A DNA stretch of 64,000 nt from the human T2T-CHM13v2.0 reference genome, Homo sapiens. Position 1 is the stretch's first letter, and the number at the start of each line of letters is the position of its first letter. The translations under genes and the position numbers were made by a program. Where the stretch lies: assembly GCF_009914755.1 (NCBI RefSeq), contig NC_060927.1; one strand, 5' to 3'. Shown one piece after another: positions 45,168-57,970 of this stretch. Below the pieces are notes generated by a model, which was not told where the DNA came from, did no database searches, and saw only the letters and a list, made by a program, of their open reading frames with translations.

Positions 45168-45699
45168 CTTATAAAAGTGGCTGGTACACAGCAGGCCTGT
45201 AAGCTAACTTCCAAAATTATTTTTCACCAGACTTTGTGTTCCATTCTGGGGATACAAAGAATACCAAATGATCCCCCAAGGAGTATTAAGTATCGTGCGG
45301 ACAGGTAGAAGCAACAACAACAACAAAAAGGTCTTTATCGTTACTATTACACTCACGACTCAGTCAAAGAGTGTGGGGATTGGTACATGATTTAAAACAA
45401 AAACAAATAAACAAAAAACCTAGACCATAAAAGGTAAAAACAGAAAATAATGGAAAGGATCCAACTACAGCCTTCAATTAATTAAACAGCACTGAAATGA
45501 TTTTTCTCTGCTGGTGTCTTCTAATGGAAGAATCTAGAAAGAATGATAAATTGAGGATTGTTTCCATTTCTTCTTATATCTATCCAGAAGTCATTGTACA
45601 CACAAAAAAATGCATTTCTCCATACAAAGAAAAGTCTGTAGCACAATACATGTCTTTGCTTTTACAGCATCCACCCCTCTATCTGACAACAGCATATTT

Positions 45700-46095
45700 A
45701 CTTTCAGAACCCTCCATTGCCCCACCCTGCCAGTGTGTGAGGACACCAGGTCGCAGGGCTGTCCAGGGATAGGCAGGGCTCCTATTTCAAGCTTATGCCT
45801 GGGATTTGTGTCTGAACCCTGAAGGAGAAGCAAGTTCCTGTCTCCTGAGACTGCTAAATTCAGATGCTGGCTGACATCCAGGAGGTGGAGGCTGCCCCAG
45901 AATGAGGCCAATAGAGAAAAAAGCTGAGATGGAGAGATACCAAGGCCTGAAGGCACCGTTTGAACCCCTGGATCCAGCTAGGACTATAGCCAATTTACCC
46001 AAGACTTTTCAGCTGCAGATGCCAAAAATTCCCTGTAGAGCTTAAGCCAGTTCTGCATTCAGTTTCTATTGCTTGTCACTGAAAGAGTCCAAATT
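45700..46095 (+). mobile_element. MLT1K-like MaLR LTR
   Basis: 'gaatgaggccaatagagaa...tttgaacccctggatccagc...cttaagccagtt...gaaagagtcc'. Confidence 0.7.
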
Positions 46096-47073
46096 AAAAC
46101 AAGTGGAACCTGAGCAGACACAAAAAGATGCTGTCAGAAGGAGAGAAACATGGAGAAAATACGTGAGTTTAGTGGGAGGGCAAGTGAGTCACACCAAGAG
46201 CAGAGAAAACTTAGGAAGAATTTACAGATGAAGGAGAAAGATAAACATGTTAAGTGGCATAACATTAGTCTTGCTGGACACTTTCTTGCACACGGACTCA
46301 GGGCCTATTGAAGACAAAAGGATTTTGAGCTGCTGACAACACCAAAATACAGTGTTAGAAAAACCATGGATAAAATATCAATAACAAAGATGTTCATAGT
46401 TCACAGTCAAAAACGGAAGAAAGTATGATAATGAAATTTATATCGATTCCCCAACTATTATGCTGAAAGTATCATTATGCATTAAGAGGCATAACTGTTT
46501 TGGTGTTAGAAAAAAACTGGAAAATGTATAATTATATGTCTTCTCATTAATACCTATTCTAATGGGAACTTAAGGCCGAGATGAGTTGTCATGGAGGAAA
46601 ATGTACCTAAAAATTGTGGGTTGAATGTGACATTTTATTAACAAGTTGTCTACTGGACAACCTGGAGCTAAATGTAGATTTTTAGAAGAGATTTTCAGTG
46701 AATGCATTAAAACAAATTTAATAACTTGAGACTGTATTTAACATAAAAATTTTCAACTTGATCATCAAGAGGCTACAATCAAGATATTAGGAATAAAAAA
46801 GATACATAAAAGAAATGAATGTACCTATTGATTGTACGTCATTATGTATTAGTATTACTGAGTGCAAAGAAATAAAAACTTAGTGGGAAATTGACAGACA
46901 GCAGTTTTAATCACAGTCTGCACATATAAAGAAGATAACTGATTAGTGTTCTCTATGGGAAATTTTTATTAATAACTCTACCAAATTAAATAACCAAAGT
47001 GATGATATATTCCATTTTTTAAAACTATATCTTTTGGGATTTTGAAATTAAAGTTCCGAAGTACAATTTATAG

Positions 47074-47127
47074 CAAATATAATTTTTTTCAAAAAAGATA
47101 CAAATACAATTTTTTTCAAAAAAGGTA
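47074..47127. repeat. 27-bp tandem duplication
   Basis: caaatataatttttttcaaaaaagata followed by caaatacaatttttttcaaaaaaggta. Confidence 0.9.
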
Positions 47128-49394
47128 TACTATACTCTTGAGTCACATATTCTTCACTTTAACACAGAAAGATTATGGCAGACAAGTCACAAAAGAAAAA
47201 AATGATATTGGATATCTTTTGCAAATTAAATCATCCTAAAATGACTAAAAAATAAGAGTTATTTTACCAAATGCAGAATTATGAAAAGATGTAGAGGGAA
47301 ATATTCTTATCAAAGCTATTTGATTTGAAGTCGTAACTCCAAATCTAACAAAAATGGTGGGGGATGGGGGAAGGAAAAATCCTCCAAAAGAGATCATTAC
47401 TCTGAAAATTACAGGGTTTCAGGTATGGTTTTAAAGACATTTTCCAACATTTGCAAAATAGAATCACAGCGGTATAATGGATAAGCATTAAACCAGGACT
47501 CAATTAAATAGATGCTCACACAGAAGAAGAAATTACAGAATATTTTTAGCATCCTACAGCAAGAGAACACAACAGCCTAAAAATTATGGTACATGATACA
47601 CTACAAAACACCACACACATAGAATAGCGCTTTATCTGAAATTAAGGGGTTGAGTTCAATTCTAGCCTTTCACAAGCCATTTGGTTTTAACTTTATATAT
47701 ACCACCCAAGCAGCTGCTACCTTCACCAGGCAACCCTTTCTGTCACAGACAAGCCATAACTGTTCTGCTATAGACAAGAAATTGCTTTTTAGAGTTCTTT
47801 AGAAGTGACAGAAAAAATCCCAACAGAACGGTAATAAAGGAACACTCCTACAGTGGCCAAAGAGGGAAAGTAAAACAAAACAACAGGCAGATGATTTCTA
47901 AGCAAGAATCTTTCTGAGGTTCAAGAAAATAAAACTGATCTATGCCAAGAAGCATTCAATCTACTTCTATTGCAATGGCATTATATTGGAACAAAAGAAA
48001 ACCCGCATGGAAGAATGCCAGTTAATCAAAGGGCCAAATGGGCTGATAATGTCTCCAGCTTTGGGAAATATCTAAGTCTCTGGGATACTGGACTCCAATA
48101 AGAATGGATTTCACAGGACTTAGGTCTTATAAAATCATACTCAATTTGAAAGGAATCAGAATCAGCTTTACAGAAAGGTAATCAACATTTTCCCTTTGAT
48201 CCCTGCAATGATACATATAACATGTTTTGTATTCAAAAACAACATTTACAGATGTTAAAATTCTATTGATATCTCAAGCAAAATCTTGAGTCTAGATGTT
48301 TCTTACGGCTGGTAACTGACAGAAAAGGGAAGGGAGCTAGCCAAGGCTACATATCAAAGAAAATCTAGATTTTTTTAAAATGAAATACAATTTAAAAAAT
48401 TAAATGTACATGTCACTAGGACATCAGAAATCTTTTAGATGCTCAGTTCCCAGGCATATTATCATCGGTACCAAAGAGTCTAACTTACTGAATTTCATTT
48501 CCATCAATGGGCCCATATTGATAGAGATGACCCCATTCTAATACCAGCACCACTGGGGTAAATATCTTAATTGAATTATCTGAATTAACAGATTATTTTT
48601 TATTAATGGCATCAGCTAAAACCATTTAGATAAGACAAACCCACAGCTGAGAACAAAACAAAAAAATACACTAAACTATCAATTGGATTTCCATGAATGC
48701 AACTGCAGTTCGACACAGGAATAGGGAGGTTTCTGGATTCTCTAGCATAACAAACCTGTGGTTATAGCAAACAAGTGCCACTTCCAGTGATCAACACCTA
48801 TATACACGTGACAGATGAGTCTCCTCCAGATGACAGATTTGGGAGGGGTTTAAACATTATTTTCCAAACTGAATTACATCGTTTTACAAAAATAGGTTCC
48901 AAGCCTGTCATTTAGTTGTTAGTTTCAACAAGTACTGCTTTAAAGGGAAAAAGGCAAGCATATTCTAAAGGCCATTGTTATACTGTGATACTTGGGAAAA
49001 TCTCAATTAAAAAAAAGAAGAGAAAAAATATTTCATCCAATGCTCTCAGTTGTTTCACAATCTAGAAACAATTTAAATTTGTTTCATAGCATAAATTCTA
49101 ATCTTAGAATCACAGAAGGGTAGAACAGAAGAGTATTTTAAATAATGTGACTGATCCTTCTTTACAAATAAAGAAACTGAGGCCCAGAGAGGACAAGAGG
49201 CTCCCATCTAGTAGTGGAGTCAGGACTACAACCCAGGTCTTCCAGGATTAATCTTGGGTTCCGTCCACGCTAAGCCACTGATGTGATTAGTAGAGTATGT
49301 CATTTTAACCCCGCTAGATGACTCTCAAATTGAAGACAGCCCTTGTCAGTCTACTAAGTACAAAAAATTCCTAACAACTGACTCCAGAGATTTA

Positions 49395-50370
49395 AAGAGA
49401 TGACTCAAAAACTCATCAGACCCACAGAATGGTGGGAAACATTTGCACGTATCTGACAAGGGACTTGTATTTAGAAGTCATAAAGAATTCCAACAACTCA
49501 ATAATAAAAAGACAAATAACCCAATTTAAAAATGGGCAAAGGATCTAAATAGATATTTCTCAAAAGCAGGTATATAGTTGGCCAGTAAACACATGAAAAC
49601 AAGCTCACATCGTTAGTCATCAGGGAGATGTAAATGAAAACCACAATACGATACCCCTTCGTACCCACTAGGATGGTTATAATAAAAAGACAAACAATAA
49701 CAAATGTTGGCTAGAATGTGGAGGAGATGGAACCCTCAAATACTGCTGGTAGGAATGTAAATCGGTGCGGTGACTTTAGAAAACAGTCTGCCGTTTACTT
49801 AAAAACGTTAAATGTAGAGTTATCCTAAAACCTAGCAATCCCACTCTTAGGTATGTATATATCTAACAGTAATAAAAAAATATTCTGCATACAAACATGT
49901 AAACAAATGCTTACAGCAGCATTATTTATAGCAATGAAAAAGCAGAAACAACCCTAATAATCATCAACTAATAAATCGATAAACAGCATGTGATATAGCT
50001 AATCAGTGGAATATTATTCGGCAATAAACAGGAACGAAGTACTGACACATGCTACTATATGAAGAACCTTACAACAGTCATCAAAGAACACACAGTGCAT
50101 GATTCCGTGTATATAAAATGTCCAGAATAGGCAAACCCATAATACAGAAAGTAGATTCCTGCTTTTTAGGGGCTGGAGTGGGGGGTTTTGGGGGAAATGG
50201 AGAGATGGCTAATGGGCATGGTTTCTTTGGGGTACGATAATAACTCTCTAAAATTAATGGTGGTGATGGCTGCACAACTCTGTGAATATACTAGAAACAC
50301 TGAATTGTATACTCTAAACAGGGAATTACACGGTATGTAAATTATATCTCAAAAGCTGTTATTTAAAAAT
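49395..50370 (+). mobile_element. L1MB-like 3' end
   Basis: 'acccaatttaaaaatgggcaaaggatc...gtatgtaaattatatctcaaaagctgtt'. Confidence 0.88.
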
Positions 50371-50741
50371 AGTATCTGAATCTGTCCTTCTCCATTCCAG
50401 CTCACCACATCCCCAGCTAGCAGCAGGACCATAGTCAGAACATACAGTGCCTGTGTAGGAATTATAAAAAGCTGCCTTCTCTGGGAAAGAGATAGAAAGT
50501 CACCTCTCCCTACATGCTGTCACAGTCAGACCTGGGCCCGGCTCCCTAAGTGAAGAAAAAAGCCTTGGGTGGATTTCATCCAGGAGCATTTGGGCAGAGT
50601 ATGGCCCGGGCAAACATGAATGACAAGGCTGCCTGATTAACCACTCTATAACGAAACTAGGTGGAATAGAAACTTTTCAGGTTACTTGCAGAGGATGTCA
50701 TTAAATCAATGTGTTTAATAACAAACTCATGATCTTTATAA

Positions 50742-51147
<406 letters not shown>

Positions 51148-51150
<3 letters not shown>

Positions 51151-51347
51151 TGGACACAGGGAGGGGAACATCACACACCAGGGCCTGTGCAGGGTGGGAG
51201 GCTGGGGGAGAGATAACATTAGGAGAAATACCTAATGTAGGTGACAGGTTGATGGGTACAGCAAACCACCATGGCACGTGTATACCTATGTAACAATACT
51301 GCATGTTCTTCACAGGTAACCCAGAACTTAAAGTATAATAAAAAAAA
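51148..51347 (+). mobile_element. L1PA7-like 3' end with poly-A
   Basis: 'acatggacacagggaggggaacatcacacac...cagaacttaaagtataataaaaaaa'. Confidence 0.92.
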
Positions 51348-53334
51348 AGAAAAATACTCCACATTCCCCACATGCCATCCATTACTGCATTTTATCATTT
51401 TTATCTCAAGATTTTAAAATCGATTTCTTCCTTAAAAATCATGAACTCTATAAACAAAAGTAACCATTTCCTAGTTTTCTATTCTCCTTGTTTGAATCCT
51501 TGATCCTCTCTAGCCTCACTGCCACAGAACACCTAGCGTTATCTTATACATCAAAATATGCCACTGTTTATGGGCCTCTAAAGTGCTTGGAATATGATGG
51601 TTTACATAAACTTGAACTGTCTAGGCTGTGACCACTTCTGCCAACTCATCTCATGTCATTCTCTGACTTGTTGGCTACACTGAAATACATGTGATTCAAG
51701 TCTAGAACATACTGGGCTCTTTTTCACTTCTGCCTTTAAGGTGGAAGAATGGAGATTGAATTTCAGTTACCGAAGATGGATCGTGGGGAAATGGAAAGCT
51801 AGTGTTTTCCTTTATAGTTATCTGTCCCAGTTTGTATGTATTTGTGCATTAATCTGATGGCATTCTATTCCCAACTAGACCATAAGTTCCATGAAAACAA
51901 GGACGTTCCTAAATGCTCAGCCTTTTGTGAAGAGTCCGACACACAGAAAAGGCTCAATTCCTGCTCACTGAATAAATGAATGAACTCAAACTTTGAAGTC
52001 TCTCTCATGTTTTTTGGTTGTTCATGCTATCATTATAACTCCACAGTGAAAATCCTTTCTTTATGTCTGGTGGCTATGCTACTATGATTAGGCCACTTGT
52101 TCAATTACGAACATTCTACGCTCATATAATGAAGATCTCAGTGATGAAGATTCCAAATTCAACTCAACCTCAGTGGTTCAAATAATGCACTACTCTCCCA
52201 TATTCCAACACAACAGAGTGTCCAACAGATGGAAACTCATCTCAATATGCTTTTAGGAGAAAATTGATTAGGAAACATTCTAGTTAATTTGAGCATACTT
52301 TGCCCTCTCTGTACCAATCATTCACATATATGCACCTTAAAAACCTAAGAATAGGTAGGTAAACATAGCAAGTCCAGTGAAAATTTAGATTAAGTTACCT
52401 GTCAATGGAATCGTCTCAGCTAACTATTCCCCCCAATAATGTAGAGCCTGAAATAATACTGTGAGACCATGGATATCCTAAGATATCTTCAGTTATTGTA
52501 CAAACTAAAAGATTTTATGATTCAAAAGGCAAATAACAAATATGTTTCATTTATATGGAAAGACATAAAATACACAGGCTGAGAAGTTAGTGATAAAATG
52601 TTAATCTCAACGGAAACTTGGTTTTAAAAAGTCACAACTTTCTAATGAGACCAGGTTGAAAAGCATTGTGCTTGACTAAAAAGCTTTGTTTTGTTTTAAG
52701 TTCATATACTGTGAATGGCATACTGAGTTGTAGCATTTGGCTTTAAATTTAACTTGGTTTTAGACCATCACAGCAAAGCAGCTTTGGATGTGATCAAAGT
52801 CACTTCTGTTCAAAGATGAAATTTGCATTTTTAGCCACACTAGTTAGTTATGAGAAATAACACAGCCTATAACTCAGAGAAAATTAGGCTTCTACGGATT
52901 TTAACACAACCATTTTAGCTAATTGTCGGTAATTTTTATTTTCAGATATAGCCAGCCACTCTGGGATTCATCCTTAAAACTGTTTGCATTTGTTTAATCT
53001 TTCTTCAAACTTCTCTTTCCATGTCTAAATGTGCTTCTAAATATTATAATCTATAATAATTAAAAAATTAAAAAAATATAATCTAAGAAAAGTGAATAAT
53101 GTGCTACCCTCTACTGATAGGAGCAATGTGGTCAATTTCTGCTTTCTATAAAAAGATTGCAAAATAAACAGAAAAGCGAAAAAAAAAAACAGGGAAAGAA
53201 AAGGCAAAAATAAACCAATTCCAGACTGATTAGATGCTATCTTATATATCTGGTTATGTGAGGGGGTAGACTCCTTCGTAATCTAATAAAATCCTTTTAA
53301 TTTCATAGTATATCTGCTCTCAACTTCCAGGTCA

Positions 53335-53535
53335 GAGATCATTAACCAGTGACCCATGGGCTATATCTGGCCCTCAGACTTGTTTTGTTTTATGCTTACA
53401 GGATTGGCCTATTTAGTGCTTTTATAAAATTTAAATTTAGTCCCCAACATTTAAAATGTCAAGACAATTCAAGTAAAGAACAGATTCTGCTTTATTTTGA
53501 AAAGAGATTAGCTTTGGTAATACGGTCCTGCATTT
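53335..53535. mobile_element. MER102-like hAT fragment
   Basis: 'ccatgggctatatctggccc...ttgttttgttt...ccaacatttaaaa'. Confidence 0.6.
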
Positions 53536-53537
53536 GC

Positions 53538-54480
53538 TCATTCATCATTTCATTTATTGAACAAATATTGAATGAGCATCTACTACATTCCAGGAAAACT
53601 GCCAGTTTGTAGGAATGTACCAGTGAACAACATAGTCTTTTAATCTTTAAGAGAGACAAAAATAAACAAATAGAAAAGATGTAAAATGTCAGGTAATCAA
53701 AACTGTGGTGAAAATACAGAGGGTAGAAAGCAATTTTTAGGAAATGATACTGAAGCAGTGACCTGATGATGGAGCAAACTGTACAGACCCGGGGGAAGGG
53801 TCTGGGTGAAAACATTCACAGCACCTAAAAGTAAGGCAAGATAAGTGTGAGAGAAGTGCAGGGAAGAGGAAGGAGATCACATACGGGAACCAGGACAGAG
53901 CCCTTGGAACAAAGGTAATGAGTAAAATTTATCTTAGTCTCTATGAGAAACCATTGGAGGTTTTGTCCAGGGAGGTATCGATATGTTCAGCATGAAATTA
54001 TAGGAAACATTCTAGTTGTTGGATGGAGATGAGGAAATTACAGCAGTGGGGCAGTACTAGAAAGAGTGATAGTTACAGGATATGTCAGAAGCTATTGCCA
54101 CGGGGGAGGTGAGAGGTGAGCTGACTCTCATTCACAGGTGGTACTGGTGGGAAGAGTGAGCAGTGGCCAGATTCTGGGTATATTTTGAAGATAAATGCAA
54201 TCAGATTTATTGCTAAATAGATGTGGAATACGAGAGAGACAGAGCTGAAACATGGCTCTCAGTTTGGATCTGAACAACACAACAAATGTGCCCTCTTACC
54301 AAGGTGGAGAACATCAGAAAAGACCAAGTTTATGGGCAAAATCAAAATTATGGTTTGAAAACATAAGCTTGAGATGTCTACTGATACCCAGAGATGTGGA
54401 CACTGGAGTTCAGGGCAGAGGTCAAGCTGGGAAATATAAATTTAGGAGTAATAAAATGACTCAAAATGGGGAGCTGAGTA
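53538..54480 (-). mobile_element. L2a 3' portion
   Basis: Antisense L2 tail 'tcattcatcatttcatttattgaacaaatattgaatgagcatctac'; 'ctgggtatattttgaag'. Confidence 0.75.
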
Positions 54481-54496
54481 GTGATAGTCCCTTTTA

Positions 54497-54653
54497 TTAT
54501 TATTTTTGACAGCAAGTCTCGCTCAGTCACTCAGGTTGGAGTGCAGTGGTACGAACTCAGCTCACTGCAACCTCTATCTCCCAAGTTCAAGTGATTTTCC
54601 TCCCTCAGCCTCCCAAGTAGCTGGGACTACCAGCATAAGCCACCGTGCCCAAC
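54497..54653 (-). mobile_element. FRAM or Alu right monomer
   Basis: Single antisense monomer; TSD tgatagtccctttta and tgagagtccccttta. Confidence 0.85.
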
Positions 54654-54680
54654 TGAGAGTCCCCTTTAGAAAGAGCAAGC

Positions 54681-55109
54681 TGATTCAGTTTGGATGTGTG
54701 TCCTTCCCCAAATCTCATATTGAAATGCAACGCCAAGCGTTGGAGGTGGGGCCTGGTGGGAGGTGATTAGATCATGGGGGTGGTTTCTCAGAAATGGCTT
54801 AGGATCATCCCTCTTGGTATTGTCCTTGAGACAGTGAGTGAGTTTTGCTGAGAGATCTTAAAAGTGTGTGGTTCCTCCCCACCGTTCTCTTGCTCCTGCT
54901 CTGGCCATGTGACATGCCTGCTCCCTCTTCGCCTTCTGCCATGATTCTAAGTATCCTGAGATCTCCCCAGAAGCCCAGCCATGTAAGCAGATGCCAGCAT
55001 CATACTTCCTGTACAGCCTGCAGAACCATAAGCCAATCAGAACTTTTTTACTTATAAATTACCCAGTCTCAGGTATTTCTTTATAGCAATGTGAGAACAG
55101 ACTAATACA
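54681..55109 (+). mobile_element. MSTA/MSTB MaLR solo LTR
   Basis: TG...CA ends; 'ataaattacccagtctcaggtatttctttatagcaatgtgagaacagactaataca'. Confidence 0.9.
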
Positions 55110-55698
55110 TGTGCCTTCTCTGGTCCATCCCAGACCCTAATACTCCTTATTGCTTAAACAAAACCTGCTTCACTCACTAACATTATTTTCCTAAGCAACA
55201 GAACTGAATAAAAAATAAAAAGGAGTTCAAGAAAACGTAGAATTCTAGTTCCACAAATAGCACAGCAATGTTGGTTAAAATACAACAAAATTAAATCAAA
55301 TGCATATCTAAGCAAAAATAGAAAGCCACAAAGCAGACTTATAAATTCTACAGCTTACACCGTGGTTGCTGGAACAGTGTAATTAGGGCATGGAGGATGA
55401 CAGGATTAGTTTGGTAACCTGGTAGCTTAGGTTCAGTTGCCCATGTGGAAAGAAGAGATGAGATCTTAAGGCTAGGGAATTGCCATTTAGAAATAAGACG
55501 TTTTGCACACATCCTGCATCGCTGCAAGGCTGTACTTATGGGGAAAGGACTAGAAAATTAATTTGTTCATCTCTTTCTCATTGAAGTTGGTGTAATATAG
55601 ATAGAAGGAACGGTGGAAATGAGTATTATTTCAACCAAAAATTCGATCTGCTGGGCCTATACCTCACATGGTTTGGGGTTTCATATTTATGTAATATA

Positions 55699-56337
55699 CA
55701 GTCAATTTTTCTTCTTCATGGATTTCATACTTGAAAATGCACCAACTCACTAAAATTTATTTGTGACCCCAAAATCAGTATGTGCAGTACTTTCAAGGTC
55801 ATTCACAGGTACGTGCAGAGTGGTGAAACAGTGGGGTTTCCTCATATGCACATTCCCAGCCGAAGCTGACCAAAGTGACATTCTGCCTTCTTGTTTCAGC
55901 TCTCATTATAAACAAATATCCTTTTCACCATACATTTTGTGCCACATTTTTCATATGTTTGCACTGTGTTTGGTGATCTTGCTGTTTAAAATGGCCCCCA
56001 GGTATAGTACTGAAATGCAGTCTAGTGTTTCTATGTGAAAGAAGTTTGTGACATGCCCTACGGAGAAAATATAGGTGTTAGCTAAGCTTCATTCAGGTAT
56101 GAGTTATAGTGAGGTTGGCCATGAGTTCAATGTTAATGAAGCAACAATATATAAGGTGTCTTTAAAGAGAAACACACACAAAACAAGGTGAGGTATTATT
56201 TGATTGAGGAAAATGTTGAGAGGTGCACAGGAACCTAATCTTGTATTTCCCTTAGGAGCAATAGTTCAGTATTCATTAATTCAGTGTTAGCAGTGACTTT
56301 ATAGAACCTAACTACCATGAGTAATGAACATTGACTA
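55699..56337. mobile_element. MER82 (Tigger-type) DNA transposon
   Basis: ta|cagtcaat...attgacta TIRs; 'taaaatttatttgtgaccccaaaatca'. Confidence 0.88.
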
Positions 56338-57089
56338 TTTATGGTGGGCTACATCAAGCGAATATACTAACATAAGACAGTTCTCACTTTGGTATAGCCC
56401 TGAGGTTCCTGGCAGCAGCAATAACAGCTGCTAGGTAAGGACACTACTTAAACAGAGGCTAACAAGAATCAAATGTTTGTCCAGGTAGGTAGAAACTCTG
56501 CTAAAGATCAAATTCACATCAAAAATTTAAAAAGACAAAAATATTCACTACAACAAGAGTCAGCAGATCAACAAATCGCAGGTTAGCATTTGCAATATTC
56601 TGATCTAACAAAACAACACTATGAATGAATACCTAAATACTTTAGAGTTAAACAAATAAAGTAACAAAGGAAAATGAGAGAGGGGTCAAATAATTAGAAA
56701 ATAATGATACTCTGAATAAAGAACAGAAACACATGAAAAAGAATCAGATAGAATGTCTCGACATGGAAAATATATTCATTAAAATTAAAACCTCAAAGGG
56801 TAGCTTAATAACAAGGTAGGCAGAGATGACGGAAGAATTAATATAGTATAGGCTAGAGCTAAGCAGTTAACATGGAAGAACACAAAGAGATACAGAATGG
56901 AAAATATGAAAGAGAGGTAAAAAGAGATAGAATAGATAACGAGAAGATTCAAAATACACTCAAAAGGAAAACCAGGAGGAGTAAAGAATAGGCATGGGGG
57001 ATAAGCAAAAGTGGAAGACACATATATGGCTGGGAATTTTCCAGAGTTTCCATAAGACATGCATCCCAAGAATTACTCTCCAGAATTGT

Positions 57090-57320
57090 ATAAAAATGAT
57101 AATCGCATGCATTATGTGCTAGACAGTGTTCCAGGTGCTTGACATATATTAGCTCACTTAATCCACACACCTACTGAGATAAATTTTATTATCCTGTCTG
57201 TACAGAAGAAGAACCTTAGAGGTTTAGAATCTGCCCAAAGTCACATGGCTGCTAAATGATGAACATAAGCTTCAGACCCAGAAAGTAAGCTACTGTGTCT
57301 GTGCCTTGAGCAATACACTT
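57090..57320 (-). mobile_element. MIR
   Basis: 'tattagctcacttaatcc...ctgcccaaagtcacatggct'. Confidence 0.7.
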
Positions 57321-57455
57321 TACTAAAAAATTATTTTTTGGCAAATGAGGGCAAAATAAACACACTTTAAGACCAAAGAGGAAAAGAGATGAAAAATAAA
57401 ACAGTACTGACCAGCAAGAGGGACTCAGTAAAAGGATTTCTAAAAGATACAGATC

Positions 57456-57856
57456 CTGACATCATGTTGAGTGAAGTAAGCCAGGCACAGAAAGACAAAC
57501 ACTGCATATTATTTGTGGGATCTAAAAATAAAAACTCATGGGCTTAAATAAGGATGGTTACTAGAGGCTGGGAAGGGTAGTGGGGGATTAGGGGTGGTTA
57601 GGGAGGTGGAGATGGTTAATGGGTAAAATAAAAAGAGTTAGACAGAATAAGATGTGCTAATTGCACATTTTAAAATAACTGAGAGTGTAATTGGATGGTT
57701 TATAACACGAAGGATAAATGCTGGGGTGGGGGAATACCCCATTCTCCATGATGTGATTATTACACATTGTATGTCTGTATCAAAATGTCTCATATACCCC
57801 ATGAATATATACACCTACTATGTAGCCACAACAATTAAAAATTTAAAAAAATTAAA
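57456..57856 (+). mobile_element. L1MA2-like 3' end with TSD
   Basis: 'ataccccattctccatgatgtgattattacacattg'; TSD aaaagatacagatc and aaaaaacacagatc. Confidence 0.88.
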
Positions 57857-57970
57857 AAAAAACACAGATCTCAAAGAAGGAAATGCTTCCAGATGCAAGA
57901 ATGGGTGCAAGGGAAACAGTAAACACAGGAGTAAAGCTAAACAAACATCAGTTATGTGAAATAACAATAA

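Noticed and set aside
57570-57625. G-rich tract with TTAGGG-like units (G4 or interstitial telomere)
   Set aside because: It is the normal G-rich tract of an L1MA 3'UTR, not a telomeric array
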